From Chloroflexota bacterium (GTDB lineage Bacteria > Chloroflexota > UBA11872 > VXOZ01): 64,000 nt of DNA. Below, one piece after another: positions 27,675-38,460 of the stretch (the first letter of the stretch is position 1; the number at the start of each line of letters is the position of its first letter). The DNA lies in NCBI GenBank assembly GCA_963663275.1, contig OY760183.1, positions 2,944,001 to 3,008,000 on the forward strand, given 5' to 3'. A model generated the notes under the pieces. The model saw only the letters and a list, made by a program, of their open reading frames with translations, was not told the origin of the DNA and ran no database searches. The translations under genes were made by a program, and so were the position numbers.

Positions 27675-28790
27675 TCAGACCGGGCTGCCTTCGCGCTCCG
27701 CCTGCTTCCGCGCCACGATTTCATCCACTTCCGCGATGAGCAGGTCGAAGAGTTCGTCTTCCCGGCAACTGCGAACCGGCTTGCCTTTGCGGAAGAGCGC
27801 GCCCTTGCCGCGGCCGCCGGCGATGCCCACGTCGGCGTCGCGCGCCTCGCCGGGGCCGTTCACCACGCAGCCCATCACGGCCACTTTCACCGGCTCCTTG
27901 ACGTTTTGCAGAAAGCTCTCAACCCGTTCGGCTAATTCGATCAGTTCGATCTCGCAGCGGCCGCAGGTGGGGCAGGCGATGAGCGTCGGGCCGTGCTCGC
28001 GCAGGCCGAGCGACTTGAGGATTTCGTAACCGGCAAAGACCTCTTCCGTCGATTCCGCCGCCAGCGAGACCCGCAGCGTATCGCCAATGCCCTGGTAGAG
28101 CAGCACGCCTAGCCCTACCGCGCTCTTCACCATACCGGCCTTCGGCGTGCCCGCCTCGGTGATGCCCAGGTGGAGCGGATACTCCACGCGGTCGGCGATG
28201 AGTTGATAGGCCAAAATCGTCGTCGGCACGTCCGAGGCCTTGAGCGAAATCTTGATGTCGGTGAAGTCCATATCCTCCAGGATCTTCACGTGGTCCAGCG
28301 CCGATTCCACCATCGCCGCCGCCGTCTTTTCGATCTTCTCATCGCCTTCCAGCATCATCAGTTCGGGGATAAGCCGCGATTCCAGCGAGCCGACGTTGAC
28401 GCCGATGCGCATCGGCACCTGGCGGTCCTTGGCCTCTTTCACCACCATGCGCGTCTTCTCTTTGCTGCCGATGTTGCCGGGATTGAGCCGCAGCCCATCC
28501 ACGCCGGCTTCCAGGGCGCGCAACGCCAGCCGGTAATCGAAGTGGATGTCGGCAATCACCGGAATCGGCGAGCGCCGGCGAATCTCCGGCAGCGCGTCGG
28601 CGTCCTCCTTGTGGGGCACGGCCACGCGCACGATTTCGCAGCCGGCCTCCGCCAGACCGAGAATCTCGGCCACGCTCGCCTCCACGTCCCGCGTAAAGGC
28701 CGTGGTCATGGACTGCACCCGAATCGGCGCGCCGCCGCCAATCGTGACGTCGCCGATTTTGAGCTGTTTGGAAACACGTCGGGGGATCAT
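27675..28790 (-). CDS. ispG: HMBPP synthase IspG (MEP pathway)
   Basis: IRVQSMTT, ADIHFDY, RLNPGNIG, PLHLGITEAG, GIGDTLRVSL, CPTCGR, VMGCVVNGPGE. Confidence 0.97.
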   Translation of the reverse strand: MIPRRVSKQLKIGDVTIGGGAPIRVQSMTTAFTRDVEASVAEILGLAEAGCEIVRVAVPHKEDADALPEIRRRSPIPVIADIHFDYRLALRALEAGVDGLRLNPGNIGSKEKTRMVVKEAKDRQVPMRIGVNVGSLESRLIPELMMLEGDEKIEKTAAAMVESALDHVKILEDMDFTDIKISLKASDVPTTILAYQLIADRVEYPLHLGITEAGTPKAGMVKSAVGLGVLLYQGIGDTLRVSLAAESTEEVFAGYEILKSLGLREHGPTLIACPTCGRCEIELIELAERVESFLQNVKEPVKVAVMGCVVNGPGEARDADVGIAGGRGKGALFRKGKPVRSCREDELFDLLIAEVDEIVARKQAEREGSPV

Positions 28791-29045
28791 GGGATGTCTC
28801 ATCTACCTCGCTTGATCACACGAGACCTGCATTAAGTGTGACGCATCCGCAGGCGGCGCGCAAGGGCAATGATGATTCAATCGGAGCATACGGGAGGAAT
28901 GTCCGGTAGCGAGAATTCGCGCGGAAGTGCGCGCAACCTGCGCCGGTTCCTCGCGCCGTTGCCTGCGCCTACCCACAGTTGCCAGGTTTTGGGGGCGCGC
29001 TGCTTTGAGAACTGCTACTCTCAATAACTGAAGGTACTCACGAGT

Positions 29046-29876
29046 GTGCAGACGGGACTAAATGGACGTTCCAAGATTCTTCTACAGTTTGAAGGGCTTG
29101 ATGACGTGAAACCAGAGCTTGATGAGTTGATGCAGAACGAAGAAGCCTACATGTCTTATTGGTGCGAAATCAAAGTCGTTGAGAGGGTGCGGTACTTTCG
29201 CAATCCTAACTTGCCAATCCACTTGTTCAACTTCGTAACACGGTTGTGGAAATCACCTCACGGCCCATCCCTGCTTGAGGAAGTTGAGCGCTACTACGGA
29301 GAACTGTCTTTGCCCCATCGTCTCTTCTTGGGACCCAAGGAACCCAGATACCTCCAGCGATTTCTCATAGACAATAGCTACTCTTTGCTCAGCAAGCGGC
29401 TTATTCTGGCGCACAATCTCGATTGTATTCCTCAGGCAAGATGGCGAAACATCCACGTCAAAGCAATCGCGGAGCCGGCAGACATCCAAGACTGGGTGAA
29501 TACAGCGCTTGAAAGCTGGAAGCATCCCAGTTTCCCAGAGGACTTTGAGCATCTAATTGCGTCGATAGTCTGCGCAGGCCTTGAGGCTAAGGAGTTCATC
29601 TGCTACTTGGCGCAAATCGAAGGTCGCTCTGTTGGCACTGGGATAATGAACAAGACTGGCAACCTTGGTGGCATACACGCCGTAACCACTGCGCCTGGCG
29701 CACGAGGTCGCGGCGTTGCCTCCTCAGTTGTCAGCAGGGCTCTTGCAGATGCAGCAGCACAGGGTCTTGGCATTGTCTGTCTTCAGACCGGGAAGGGCGA
29801 CGGCGCAGATAGACTCTACCAAGACATGGGGTTCAAAATACACTTTGAACTTGCTAAGTTCGGCCAACAGTCCTGA
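29046..29876 (+). CDS. GNAT family N-acetyltransferase
   Basis: VTTAPGARGRGVA acetyl-CoA motif, LYQDMGF; visibly AT-richer than neighbours; start uncertain. Confidence 0.82.
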   Translation: MQTGLNGRSKILLQFEGLDDVKPELDELMQNEEAYMSYWCEIKVVERVRYFRNPNLPIHLFNFVTRLWKSPHGPSLLEEVERYYGELSLPHRLFLGPKEPRYLQRFLIDNSYSLLSKRLILAHNLDCIPQARWRNIHVKAIAEPADIQDWVNTALESWKHPSFPEDFEHLIASIVCAGLEAKEFICYLAQIEGRSVGTGIMNKTGNLGGIHAVTTAPGARGRGVASSVVSRALADAAAQGLGIVCLQTGKGDGADRLYQDMGFKIHFELAKFGQQS

Positions 29877-29982
29877 GCGCTACAGCCAGATTGCTCCTGC
29901 GGACCAGTTCCCGTCTTGTCTATGCCAAACCCAGCTAACCCTAAATGACAGATGGGATTTCGGCCACTCAAGATGGTAAAGG

Positions 29983-31515
29983 CTACCACACGTCCGGATC
30001 GCGCACCACCACCGTGCCGACCATCTTGTCGTGCCAGGTTTGGGCGTTCTTATCCCAGAAGGCCGACAGGAAGCCGTAGGTCAGGGGCAGCACGCTCACG
30101 AACTTGCCGACGATCTCGCGCCGCACCATAGTCCTGAAGTCAGGGTACTTCTGCTTATCCAGTTGGACCACTTCCAGCCCAAACAGCGACTTGCCCGGCG
30201 TAGTGCCGCGAATCAGGAACGAGACGAAGAATATGCCGTAGACGAGGGGCATGAAGATGTATTGCCAGAAGATGGTCAGGAAATTGTACCCGTCCGCCGG
30301 ATTGAAGCCGGTCAGGCCGAAGAGCAGGATCAGGCCCACCGGCACGCTGAGGTCCAGCGACGCCGCCAGAAAGCGCGGGAAGAAGTGCGCCCGGTGGCCG
30401 AGGTCTTCATTCTGCACGAATGTCCTGCACTCAGTGCAGAACAAGCGTTCTTCGGGTACGGGAGTCCGGCACTTGGGGCAGCGCAGCATGCCCGTTTCCA
30501 ATTCATCCAGCGCCAGGTCTTCTTCGGCTTCCTTGATGGCGAGGTCTTCCACCTCCACCGCCGTAAGGCCCCGGATGCGCATGGCGCTCTCTTGCACGCG
30601 CTTCATCTGGTCGGGGTGTCGGAAATAGCCCTTCACCTGGGCCACCATCGTCTCCGAGTTCACGCCGGCCGACATGAAGGTGGCGCCCGTGAGGTCTGAG
30701 TCTTCGCCTTGCAAGAGTTCCATCAGGCCGATGTTCCGGCGGAACCAGACCTGCTGGCCTACGCGCCGGTCCAAGACACGCAGCATGATGGGGCGGGAGT
30801 ACGTCTGAAAGAGAAAGCCGGCCTGCACCCACACCGGCGTCAAGACGATGGAAGCCGCGAACCCGGACGTAAGCGGCGGCGAGAACGCCGCCGTAATCGC
30901 GCTGATTGCCAGCACGTTGCCCCCCATGATGGCCAGAAACGTGTGGGGTTCCACGTCGATTGTAAGTACCGAGGTGAAATAGAGCCTCATGCGCTTCTCG
31001 TGCTGCAAGGCGTCCCGCTGCACCACGGCCACCAGCAGCCCCAGGATGCCTCCGGCAAACACCACGATCCACATGCGGCCGATGAGCACGGGAATGCCCA
31101 GACCCATCCTGAGCAGCATGTCGCCGGCGTTGGCCAGCACGGAAGCCCCGCCGGTATCGGCCATCACCGTCGCCACGGCAAAAGCCACCACGAGCATCAC
31201 GGCAATGAAGACGCCCACCACCCGCGCCGACAACAACTCGGGAATGAAATACCCCGTGATGCCCAGAAACGCGACGAAGATCACGAGGCCCACGGCGGCA
31301 ATGAGAATGCCGAAGTAGAAGGGGCGCAAGAGTTCCCACAGACTGGCAAAGACCACGGCCAAGCCGATGAAGGCGCTCATGACGCCGATGCCCGCCACGA
31401 ACCCCGCAATCAGAGTCGAACGGATGTCGGACACCATGATGAGCACGTCATCTTCGGTAGCCGCTACAAGCTCTCGTCGATTGAAGTCACGCATCGCGCG
31501 CGCCCTCCTCACCAT
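29983..31515 (-). CDS. Multi-TM membrane protein with zinc ribbon and C-terminal RDD domain
   Basis: Several TM helices; CPKC...CTEC; PRFLAASLD...GTTPGKSLFGLEVV...QTWHDKMVGTVV. Confidence 0.82.
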   Translation of the reverse strand: MVRRARAMRDFNRRELVAATEDDVLIMVSDIRSTLIAGFVAGIGVMSAFIGLAVVFASLWELLRPFYFGILIAAVGLVIFVAFLGITGYFIPELLSARVVGVFIAVMLVVAFAVATVMADTGGASVLANAGDMLLRMGLGIPVLIGRMWIVVFAGGILGLLVAVVQRDALQHEKRMRLYFTSVLTIDVEPHTFLAIMGGNVLAISAITAAFSPPLTSGFAASIVLTPVWVQAGFLFQTYSRPIMLRVLDRRVGQQVWFRRNIGLMELLQGEDSDLTGATFMSAGVNSETMVAQVKGYFRHPDQMKRVQESAMRIRGLTAVEVEDLAIKEAEEDLALDELETGMLRCPKCRTPVPEERLFCTECRTFVQNEDLGHRAHFFPRFLAASLDLSVPVGLILLFGLTGFNPADGYNFLTIFWQYIFMPLVYGIFFVSFLIRGTTPGKSLFGLEVVQLDKQKYPDFRTMVRREIVGKFVSVLPLTYGFLSAFWDKNAQTWHDKMVGTVVVRDPDVW

Positions 31516-31602
31516 CTTTGCGCCGCATCGCTTCTGTGCCTATCCTACCCCAATTCCGCAAGAACTGCTAAATGGGGGACACGGAATTGGCGCGAAAAAG
31601 GA

Positions 31603-33015
31603 TCATTCGTTCAAGTAGGACTGCAACCAGTTTTGCGCCTGCTGCGCCGCCTGCATCACATCTACGTCGCCACGCGCCAGCGGCAAGGTGAGCCTCTCGA
31701 AGAGTTTCAGCGTCATCTCCATGCTGCTGGCGAGGGTTGAGGCCCGGGCGGTGTCGAGCAGATGGAAGACAAGCTTCCGGTCCTCCGGCGGCAACATGAG
31801 GTCCAAGTAGCCGGTGCTGGGATTTTCTATGTGTTGCTGTCCCGCAATCACGGGCGGCAACAGGAGTCGCTCACCAAGGTGGAGCGCAAAGGAACGCAAC
31901 ACCTCATAGGAAAGGGCAGCGTCCCGCGCAACCGTAGGGATCGCCGCGACTTGGTTGACTGAGAGCGGGGTTACGTCTCGGGGACCGGTCGGCAGTAGGG
32001 TTTGCCGGCCGGCAAGCATATTGCTCGGAGGAAAGTACCGAAAGAAGAGAATACCTGAGAGCAAGGTGGTAAAGTCCACGTCGAAGAAGCCCGCAGACAC
32101 TGTTTCACCATGGGGCATGATGCCATGCACCCGGCCCAGCTCTTCCCAGTACTGAAGGCCCCGCAGTGCAGCCGGGTCAGTCAGGCGGATGGCGCCGGAA
32201 TCGAGGTCGATCACGTCTTTGTCCAACTCTTGCAACACGAACGGCAGCCAATTTACGAAGTATTTGTTCGGATTGAAGCCCCACGCATCCACTTTGCCGT
32301 CATTATCAGAATCCTCAGTCAGCCGCTGGGCGGCGCTGACGAACTCCTCGCGGGTCCAGCCCTCTTCCGGTAAGGCTATGCCGGCTTTGGTAAACTGATT
32401 GTGGTTGTACCGCGCCACGCCGGCCTCCAGGGCAACGGGCAAAGCCATTGTCTGGTTGCGATAGCGCATCAACTCTAGCGCAGTGGGGAGAAACTTCCCC
32501 AGCGGTTCGCTGCGATCCTGCTGGAGAAACCGGTCGAGCGGCTGGACCAGACCGCTGCGCAGCACCCAAGGGATATCGAAGAAATAACTGCCCATCAGCA
32601 GGTCCGGCGGCGTGCCCGCGGCATCGTGCTCGGTCAGAAAGCTTGCTAGTGTCGCTTGAGCTCGTTCAATAAGAACGAGCGGTTCCCGGGTTGACGCTAC
32701 GTTAATCCTGACACGCTGCAACTGTACGTCTGCGGGCGCGTCTGGGACCGCGCCTTCGTTCCACCGTTCGATGGCGTCCCCGACGGCATTGACATGCTGA
32801 TCCTGCATCGCGGCCAGCCGCAGGGTGACCGGCGTTCGCGACACCTTAGGTACCGTGGCCTGTGTGGCCTCCGGCGCTGCGCGCGGCTCTTCGGCAACAT
32901 TCTCGTCATCGCCGCCGCAGGCAGCCAACAGCAGCACTTGGGCGCCAAACACAGCGCCACCAAGCATTTCACGTCTGGTCATCAGAAATTCCTCCGCTAC
33001 GCTATTTGGAGCCAC
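31603..33015 (-). CDS. Extracellular solute-binding lipoprotein (ABC family 1), Tat-type signal
   Basis: TRREML, lipobox LLAAC, ALP...ARYN..F..AG...P..GWT. Confidence 0.82.
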   Translation of the reverse strand: MAPNSVAEEFLMTRREMLGGAVFGAQVLLLAACGGDDENVAEEPRAAPEATQATVPKVSRTPVTLRLAAMQDQHVNAVGDAIERWNEGAVPDAPADVQLQRVRINVASTREPLVLIERAQATLASFLTEHDAAGTPPDLLMGSYFFDIPWVLRSGLVQPLDRFLQQDRSEPLGKFLPTALELMRYRNQTMALPVALEAGVARYNHNQFTKAGIALPEEGWTREEFVSAAQRLTEDSDNDGKVDAWGFNPNKYFVNWLPFVLQELDKDVIDLDSGAIRLTDPAALRGLQYWEELGRVHGIMPHGETVSAGFFDVDFTTLLSGILFFRYFPPSNMLAGRQTLLPTGPRDVTPLSVNQVAAIPTVARDAALSYEVLRSFALHLGERLLLPPVIAGQQHIENPSTGYLDLMLPPEDRKLVFHLLDTARASTLASSMEMTLKLFERLTLPLARGDVDVMQAAQQAQNWLQSYLNE

Positions 33016-33158
33016 TGACCACCGGCAGCATCACCGGCACGCCAAGTTCGTCATTGAACCGGTTTTGAGTCGGAATTGGCGCCAAAACAAGCAGGAATCC
33101 GTCGCCCGTTGCCGCCCATTTATCCAAAAGCAATGGCGCCGGCGTGCTGCTATCTCGG

Positions 33159-34652
33159 CTACTGATTCACATAGGCTTGCAGCCAGTTCTGCGCTTCTTG
33201 AGCGGCTTGCTCAACCGCCATCTCACCGCGCGCCAGCGGCAGTGACAGCTTCTCGAACAGGTGGAAGAGCGCCATAGCGCTACTGCCAAGCGGCGATGGG
33301 CGGGCAGTTTCCAATACGTGGTACGCAAGCTGCCGTTCATCTTCCGGCAGCATGAGATTGAGGTAGCCGGATTGCGGATTCTCGATGTACTGCTGACCGG
33401 AAATCACCGGCGGCAGTAAGAAGCGCTCGCCGAGGTAGATTGCCAGCGGCGCCAGCGCCTGATACGACAAGGCGGTATCGCGGGCGCCGGCGGGAATAGC
33501 CAAGGTAGCGCCCAACAATAGTGGCGTAACGTCGTGAGGTCCGGCGGGCAGTGGGGCTTGCTTACCCGTAGAGATGCTGGCGGGAGACGAGAAGTAATAG
33601 AAGAACGTGCTGGGATGCCGGTACCAGAACTCAAACCGGTAGAGATCCGCCGTCACATCGGCGCCATGGGGCATGATGCCGTGTGTTCTCCCCAAGTCGT
33701 CCCAAAAACGTAGGCCGCGCAGGGCCGCCGGATCCATAAGTCGCACTTCGCCGGTATTCAGGTCTACCACGTCCCGGCCCGTCTCCTGCAAGACGAACGG
33801 CAGCCAGTTCATGAAATTCCATATAGGCCGAAAACCCCAGGTATCGATCTTGCCGTCGTCGTCGGTGTCCTGCGTGAGCCGCGCGGCAGCGGCGATGAAT
33901 TCATCACGGGTCCAGCCGTTGTCCGGCGCCGGCAAGCCCGCATCTTCGAAGTGCTTGGGGTTATACCGCGCTACGCCGGCCCCCACGGAAACGGGCAAAG
34001 CCATCGTCTGGCCCCTGAAGCGCACCAATTCCAAGGCCGCCGGCAAGAACCGCGCCAATGGATCGTTGCCGTCTTGCCGCAGAAGACGATTATCAAGCGG
34101 CTGGATGATGCCGCTGCGGAATGCCCAGGGGAAATCAAAGAGACGATTGACCATGAGCACGTCCAGCGGCGCGCCGGCAGACTCCCGCTCGGCTAGGAAT
34201 GCCTGAACACGCTCTTGTACGTGTTCGGTAGTCTCCAGTGGCCCGCCCCGCGAAGATATTTGAATCCTGAGGTGCTCGAGCCGGATGTCCGCAGACGCGC
34301 CGGGTAACTCGCCCCGGTTCCACTCATCGATGGCTTTGCCAATCACAGCGCCGAATTCAACCAACATCGAGGCGACCGTTAGCGTTGTCGGCTCGCGCGC
34401 CGGCGGCGCCCCGGACTGCGGCGCGGTTGGCGCGGCGCGCGGCTGCTCCGCGTCCTCCTCGTCATCGCCGCCGCAGGCGGCCAGCAGCAGCACCTGCGCT
34501 CCCATGAGCGCGCGGCCGAGCACTGCCCGCCGCGTTAATGACAGTCTCGCGGTCCGCGGGTCTGCCGCAGTCTCCGGCACGCCTGCCGCAGTTCCCGGCA
34601 CACTTGCCGCAGTCTCCGGCAAAGTAGAATCAGAAAATCGCACCGCAGCCAT
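33159..34652 (-). CDS. Extracellular solute-binding lipoprotein (ABC family 1), tandem paralogue
   Basis: TRRAVL, LLAACGGDD; colinear with 31603-33015; 3x21-nt repeat at 34563-34625 (PETAA); AGGAGGT RBS. Confidence 0.85.
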   Translation of the reverse strand: MAAVRFSDSTLPETAASVPGTAAGVPETAADPRTARLSLTRRAVLGRALMGAQVLLLAACGGDDEEDAEQPRAAPTAPQSGAPPAREPTTLTVASMLVEFGAVIGKAIDEWNRGELPGASADIRLEHLRIQISSRGGPLETTEHVQERVQAFLAERESAGAPLDVLMVNRLFDFPWAFRSGIIQPLDNRLLRQDGNDPLARFLPAALELVRFRGQTMALPVSVGAGVARYNPKHFEDAGLPAPDNGWTRDEFIAAAARLTQDTDDDGKIDTWGFRPIWNFMNWLPFVLQETGRDVVDLNTGEVRLMDPAALRGLRFWDDLGRTHGIMPHGADVTADLYRFEFWYRHPSTFFYYFSSPASISTGKQAPLPAGPHDVTPLLLGATLAIPAGARDTALSYQALAPLAIYLGERFLLPPVISGQQYIENPQSGYLNLMLPEDERQLAYHVLETARPSPLGSSAMALFHLFEKLSLPLARGEMAVEQAAQEAQNWLQAYVNQ

Positions 34653-34787
34653 GCGGCACCTCCTTGTTCGAACACCTTACTCCGAGAGTGGAGTAACCCC
34701 CTCATTCGAGTATGTAACGATTTGAGTACGCAGTCAAGAGGAGAGAACTGGTCGAGGGCGTACTGCTGCGGCTTGAGCTTGCCTATT

Positions 34788-35332
34788 GAGAATTGTGCAT
34801 AACCCCTTTCCCCACTGAGGAGGGCCGACAGGAGTATGTAAATGTCATTCCGAGCGGAGCGAGGAATCTAGAAGTGCTGGATTTGCGAGTCAACGCTCTA
34901 GATTCCTCACTTCGCTGTGCTCCGTTCGGAATGACAAGTGAAATCGACTTTGGAGCAAATGCACCTGTCAGCCCTCGATGGGGAAGGGGTCTTGCAAGGG
35001 TCTCTTTAATGAGCTGATCGAGGTATGAATTCTGTGGTCAGCTTCACGTGTCATTCCGAGCGGAGCGCAGCGGAGAGAGGAATCTAGAGTGGTGAGCCTG
35101 ACAAACTCCGCGCAGCATGGATTCTAGATTCCTCGCTCCGCTCGGAATGACATTTATGTACCCCTGTCAGCCCAGTGAGGGGAAAGGTTGGGATGGGGGC
35201 GAAGAGGATTGAAGTCTGGCTGATTCTAGTTGTACATGCGGTCTGGATTCCGGCTTTCGCCGGAATGACGGAAGTTTGCAGCCGGAATGATGCGCGCATG
35301 CAGCCGGAATGACGGCGTTATGTAAAACCCTC
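34788..35332. mobile_element. Composite of MITE-1/MITE-2 copies
   Basis: MITE-1-like ends at 34788 (GAGAATTGTGCATAAC), 35004 (TTGCAAGGGTCTC) and 35332 (GTTATGTAAAACCCTC); MITE-2 at 34822-34974 and a 5'-truncated copy ending ~35173. Confidence 0.82.
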
Positions 35333-35334
35333 TT

Positions 35335-36762
35335 CTAGGCGAGCGGCAAGGTGAATATAAAGCGGCTGCCTTCGCCCGGCGCGCTCTCGACGCGGATCGT
35401 GCCGCCGTGGGCCTCCACCAACTGCTTGGCGATGGTCAGTCCCAGCCCCGCGCCGCCGGTGCTGCGGGCGCGGGAAGGATCGACGCGGTAGAGCCGGTCG
35501 AACACGTGGGGCAGGTCTTCAGCGGGAATGCCCTCGCCGCTGTCGGCAACCGTCACCGCGGCCATCTCCTCCCCTTCTTCGATGGCAACGTCGATGCGCC
35601 CGCCGGGCGGCGTGTGCGCAACCGCGTTCTGCAGCAGGTTGTTCATCACCTGCTCGACGCGCGTGCGGTCTACGTTCGCCTGGCGGGCCGGCTGCGCGCG
35701 TTGGCCGGCCCCAGCGTCCCACGCAAGCGTAATCTCTTTTGCCTGCGCCTGGGGGCGGAACGCCTCCACCGACCGCGCGACCACCTCGTCAAGCGCCATT
35801 GGGTCTATGTCCAGGCGAAAGTCGGCCGCCTCAGTCTCCGCCAGCAGCCGCAGGTCTTCAACCAGTTTGGAGAGGTACATCGTCTGCCGGTGGATATTCC
35901 CGATGGTCGCCTCATCAGCTTCCAGCACGCCGTCTCGCACCGCCTCCACGTAGCCGCGAATGTTGGAAAGGGGCGTGCGCAGTTCGTGGGCTACGTCGGC
36001 CACCATGTTGCGGCGCTGCCGTTCGGCGCTCTCCAGGCCCGCGGCCATGGCGTTGAACGTGCGGGTCAGTTCCCCGATTTCGTCGCGCCCGGTCGTTCCC
36101 GTCACTCGTTGCGAGAGGTCGCCTTTTCCCAGCTTCTGCGCCGCCGTCGTCAGCCGGCGCACCGAGCCCAGCATCCGGCGCGAGAGCAGCGACACCAGCA
36201 CGATGCCGCCCAGACCCGCGCCCAGACCCGACCACAGCAGCGACTGGAAAGCCGTATCGGCAAACTGCCGCAGCGAGGGTTCCTGAATCTCACGCCACGA
36301 CTCTTCACGGCTGGGGGAGCCTCCCGGACCGCGGTACGGCCTGAAGGTGGGCCGCGATGCCGCGGGCCCGACCAGGACGTAGCCAATGGGCTCGTTGTCC
36401 AACAGAATGCGCGCTTTGTGGTAGTGCCGTTCCGCCCGGCCTTCAGTCCCGTTCAACCACCTCGTCGCCACCAGCAGACCGCCGTCTTCGTCCAAGACGG
36501 CGATGTCGCGCCCGGTCAGATAGCTCACGCGCTCCACAACGCCCGCGACGCCGCTCCAGCTTCCGCCTCCGCTTACGTAGTAATCCGTAAACGCCTCATG
36601 GATTCTGGCGATCAAGGTCTCATCGGCGGCGACGCGCAGCTCTCGCACCTCGCGTTGCGCCGCGAAGTTGCTGTACGTGCCCACCGCCGCCAGTGCCAGC
36701 AGGAGCACGGCGGCAAAACCGGCGATGAGCCGAAACTGAAGGCTGAAGAACCACTTAGCCAT
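35335..36762 (-). CDS. HAMP-domain sensor histidine kinase (BaeS-like)
   Basis: Two TMs, HAMP (RDEIGEL), H-box [11 protein letters not shown]-box NLLQNA, G-boxes DSGEGI and GAGLGL. Confidence 0.95.
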   Translation of the reverse strand: MAKWFFSLQFRLIAGFAAVLLLALAAVGTYSNFAAQREVRELRVAADETLIARIHEAFTDYYVSGGGSWSGVAGVVERVSYLTGRDIAVLDEDGGLLVATRWLNGTEGRAERHYHKARILLDNEPIGYVLVGPAASRPTFRPYRGPGGSPSREESWREIQEPSLRQFADTAFQSLLWSGLGAGLGGIVLVSLLSRRMLGSVRRLTTAAQKLGKGDLSQRVTGTTGRDEIGELTRTFNAMAAGLESAERQRRNMVADVAHELRTPLSNIRGYVEAVRDGVLEADEATIGNIHRQTMYLSKLVEDLRLLAETEAADFRLDIDPMALDEVVARSVEAFRPQAQAKEITLAWDAGAGQRAQPARQANVDRTRVEQVMNNLLQNAVAHTPPGGRIDVAIEEGEEMAAVTVADSGEGIPAEDLPHVFDRLYRVDPSRARSTGGAGLGLTIAKQLVEAHGGTIRVESAPGEGSRFIFTLPLA

Positions 36763-37459
36763 TGTCAACGCCGTCCCAGGCGCTGAAGCGGTAGCCCACG
36801 CCATAGACCGTTTGAATGCGGTCCGGGCCGTCCGGCGGCCGGATCTTGCGCCGTAGATTGGCCACGTGGGCGTCTACCGTGCGGTCGAAACCCTGGAAGT
36901 CGAACCCAAAGACGCGGTCGATGATCTGCTCGCGGGAGAAGGTGCGCTCCGGTTCCTTGATGAGCATGACGAGGATCCCGTACTCCGTCGGCGTTAGCGA
37001 GGCCGTTGCGCCATTAGCGTAGACCGTGCGCCGGTGCAAGTCCACAGTCACGCCGCTGTGGGCAATCTCCGCCGGCCCGCGCTCCAGCGCGTCCGCGGCT
37101 GTTCTGCGGAGCACGGCGCGGATGCGCGCCGCCAGTTCCCGGGGACTGAACGGCTTGGTCACGTAGTCGTCCGCGCCTAAGTCCAGCCCCCGCAGCCGGT
37201 CCTCTTCCTCTACCCGCGCCGTCACCATCACCACCGGCACGGTGGACTCCTGCCGCAGGGCGCGGCAGACCTCGATGCCGCCCAGCCTGGGCAGCATGAG
37301 GTCCAGCACCACCAGGTCCGGCCGGGCGTTGCGGGCCAGGCGCAAGCCCTCGACGCCGTCATGCGCGCTGAGAACCTTGTGCCCGTCCCGCTGCAAGTAG
37401 AGGCTGACCAGTTTCACGGTGTCCGGATCGTCTTCGACAATGAGCACTGTGCTTGCCAT
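36755..37459 (-). CDS. OmpR/PhoB family response regulator
   Basis: [44 protein letters not shown]. Confidence 0.95.
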   Translation of the reverse strand: MASTVLIVEDDPDTVKLVSLYLQRDGHKVLSAHDGVEGLRLARNARPDLVVLDLMLPRLGGIEVCRALRQESTVPVVMVTARVEEEDRLRGLDLGADDYVTKPFSPRELAARIRAVLRRTAADALERGPAEIAHSGVTVDLHRRTVYANGATASLTPTEYGILVMLIKEPERTFSREQIIDRVFGFDFQGFDRTVDAHVANLRRKIRPPDGPDRIQTVYGVGYRFSAWDGVDNG

Positions 37460-37575
37460 GCGTTCCTCTCTTCCTGGCGCTTGCTTCCAGACCGCGCGGC
37501 GCAAACGAGCGGAGGGGCGCTTCAACCGGCTCCTGTTCCGTCGCTCCCGGCTACCCTTAAGTCTAGCAGTAACTT

Positions 37576-37591
37576 TGAAGGAAATATGAAG
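37576..37591 (-). promoter_or_regulatory. Possible OmpR-type tandem binding site
   Basis: CTTCA repeated with 11-bp period on the minus strand in an AT-rich patch upstream of the response regulator. Confidence 0.35.
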
Positions 37592-37605
37592 ACGGCGGGA
37601 TAGAG

Positions 37606-37653
37606 CGAAACCCCCGGCAGTCACCGCGCGTACGGCGCCTGCCGGGGGTTTCG
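37606..37653. terminator. 15-bp stem hairpin, probable terminator of the upstream gene
   Basis: CGAAACCCCCGGCAG...CTGCCGGGGGTTTCG. Confidence 0.6.
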
Positions 37654-37713
37654 TTGACAGCGTTGGGTCCGAAGCGCCTTTGAGGCGGCATGCGGCGCCG
37701 TTAGACCGCCTAG

Positions 37714-38460
37714 CTAATTGTCATCGTCGTCGTCAGCGTCGGGGGCCGCCGCAGGTGTGGCGGAGGCCGGCGCCGGGGCGGTTTGATCCTTGTCAGGCCC
37801 GATGCCCTTGAAGTGGAAGTATCCCCGCTGGATCGAGTGCCGCTGGCTCCACTGCCAGCCAAAGCCCCGGCCGCGGTCGAAGCCGCCGCCGCTGCGGAAG
37901 CGCTCCATCTGCGCCGCGTACCGCTCGCGGATTTCGCCGGCCTGCTCCTCGGTGAGCTGTCCGTCCTCAACCAGAGCGTCGAGGTACTGATCAAGTTGCT
38001 CTTCGGCCATGCCCGGCATCATGCCCATCTTCCCCTTGGACGGGAAGCCGCGACCGTCGAATGAGTGGCCCCGTTCCCAGCCGCCCTTCTTGTCCCAGCC
38101 GCCTCTCTTGCCCCGCTCGTGGCCGCCGGCCAGCCAGAAGGAATCCGGCCGCGCCGCGTACCACTCGCGGAGTTCGTCCGCCTGCTCCTGGGTGAGTTCG
38201 CCGCTCTCGACCAAAGCGTCCAGCTTCCGGCCGACTTGCTCTTCGAACCTTTCGTCCCGCATTTCCCGGCGGGCTTGGTCGAAAGCATCCTGTACCTGTT
38301 GCTCTTCCAGCCCCAGAATGTCGGCAACGCGGGTGATCAGCCCGCGTATGGGCTTCTCGGCGCCGTTTCCGTTGTCCTGCGCCAACACGGCCCCGCCGCC
38401 GACGCCGACGACCAACGCCAGCGCGGCGAACAGCCCGATAAGCCAGTGCTTCTTCCTCAT
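37714..38460 (-). CDS. Secreted helical protein with Gly/Arg-rich linkers (Spy/CpxP-like layout)
   Basis: Signal peptide ending AVLA-Q; duplicated LDALVExGxLTxEQA motif; GAGGAA RBS; upstream of the two-component system. Confidence 0.75.
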   Translation of the reverse strand: MRKKHWLIGLFAALALVVGVGGGAVLAQDNGNGAEKPIRGLITRVADILGLEEQQVQDAFDQARREMRDERFEEQVGRKLDALVESGELTQEQADELREWYAARPDSFWLAGGHERGKRGGWDKKGGWERGHSFDGRGFPSKGKMGMMPGMAEEQLDQYLDALVEDGQLTEEQAGEIRERYAAQMERFRSGGGFDRGRGFGWQWSQRHSIQRGYFHFKGIGPDKDQTAPAPASATPAAAPDADDDDDN

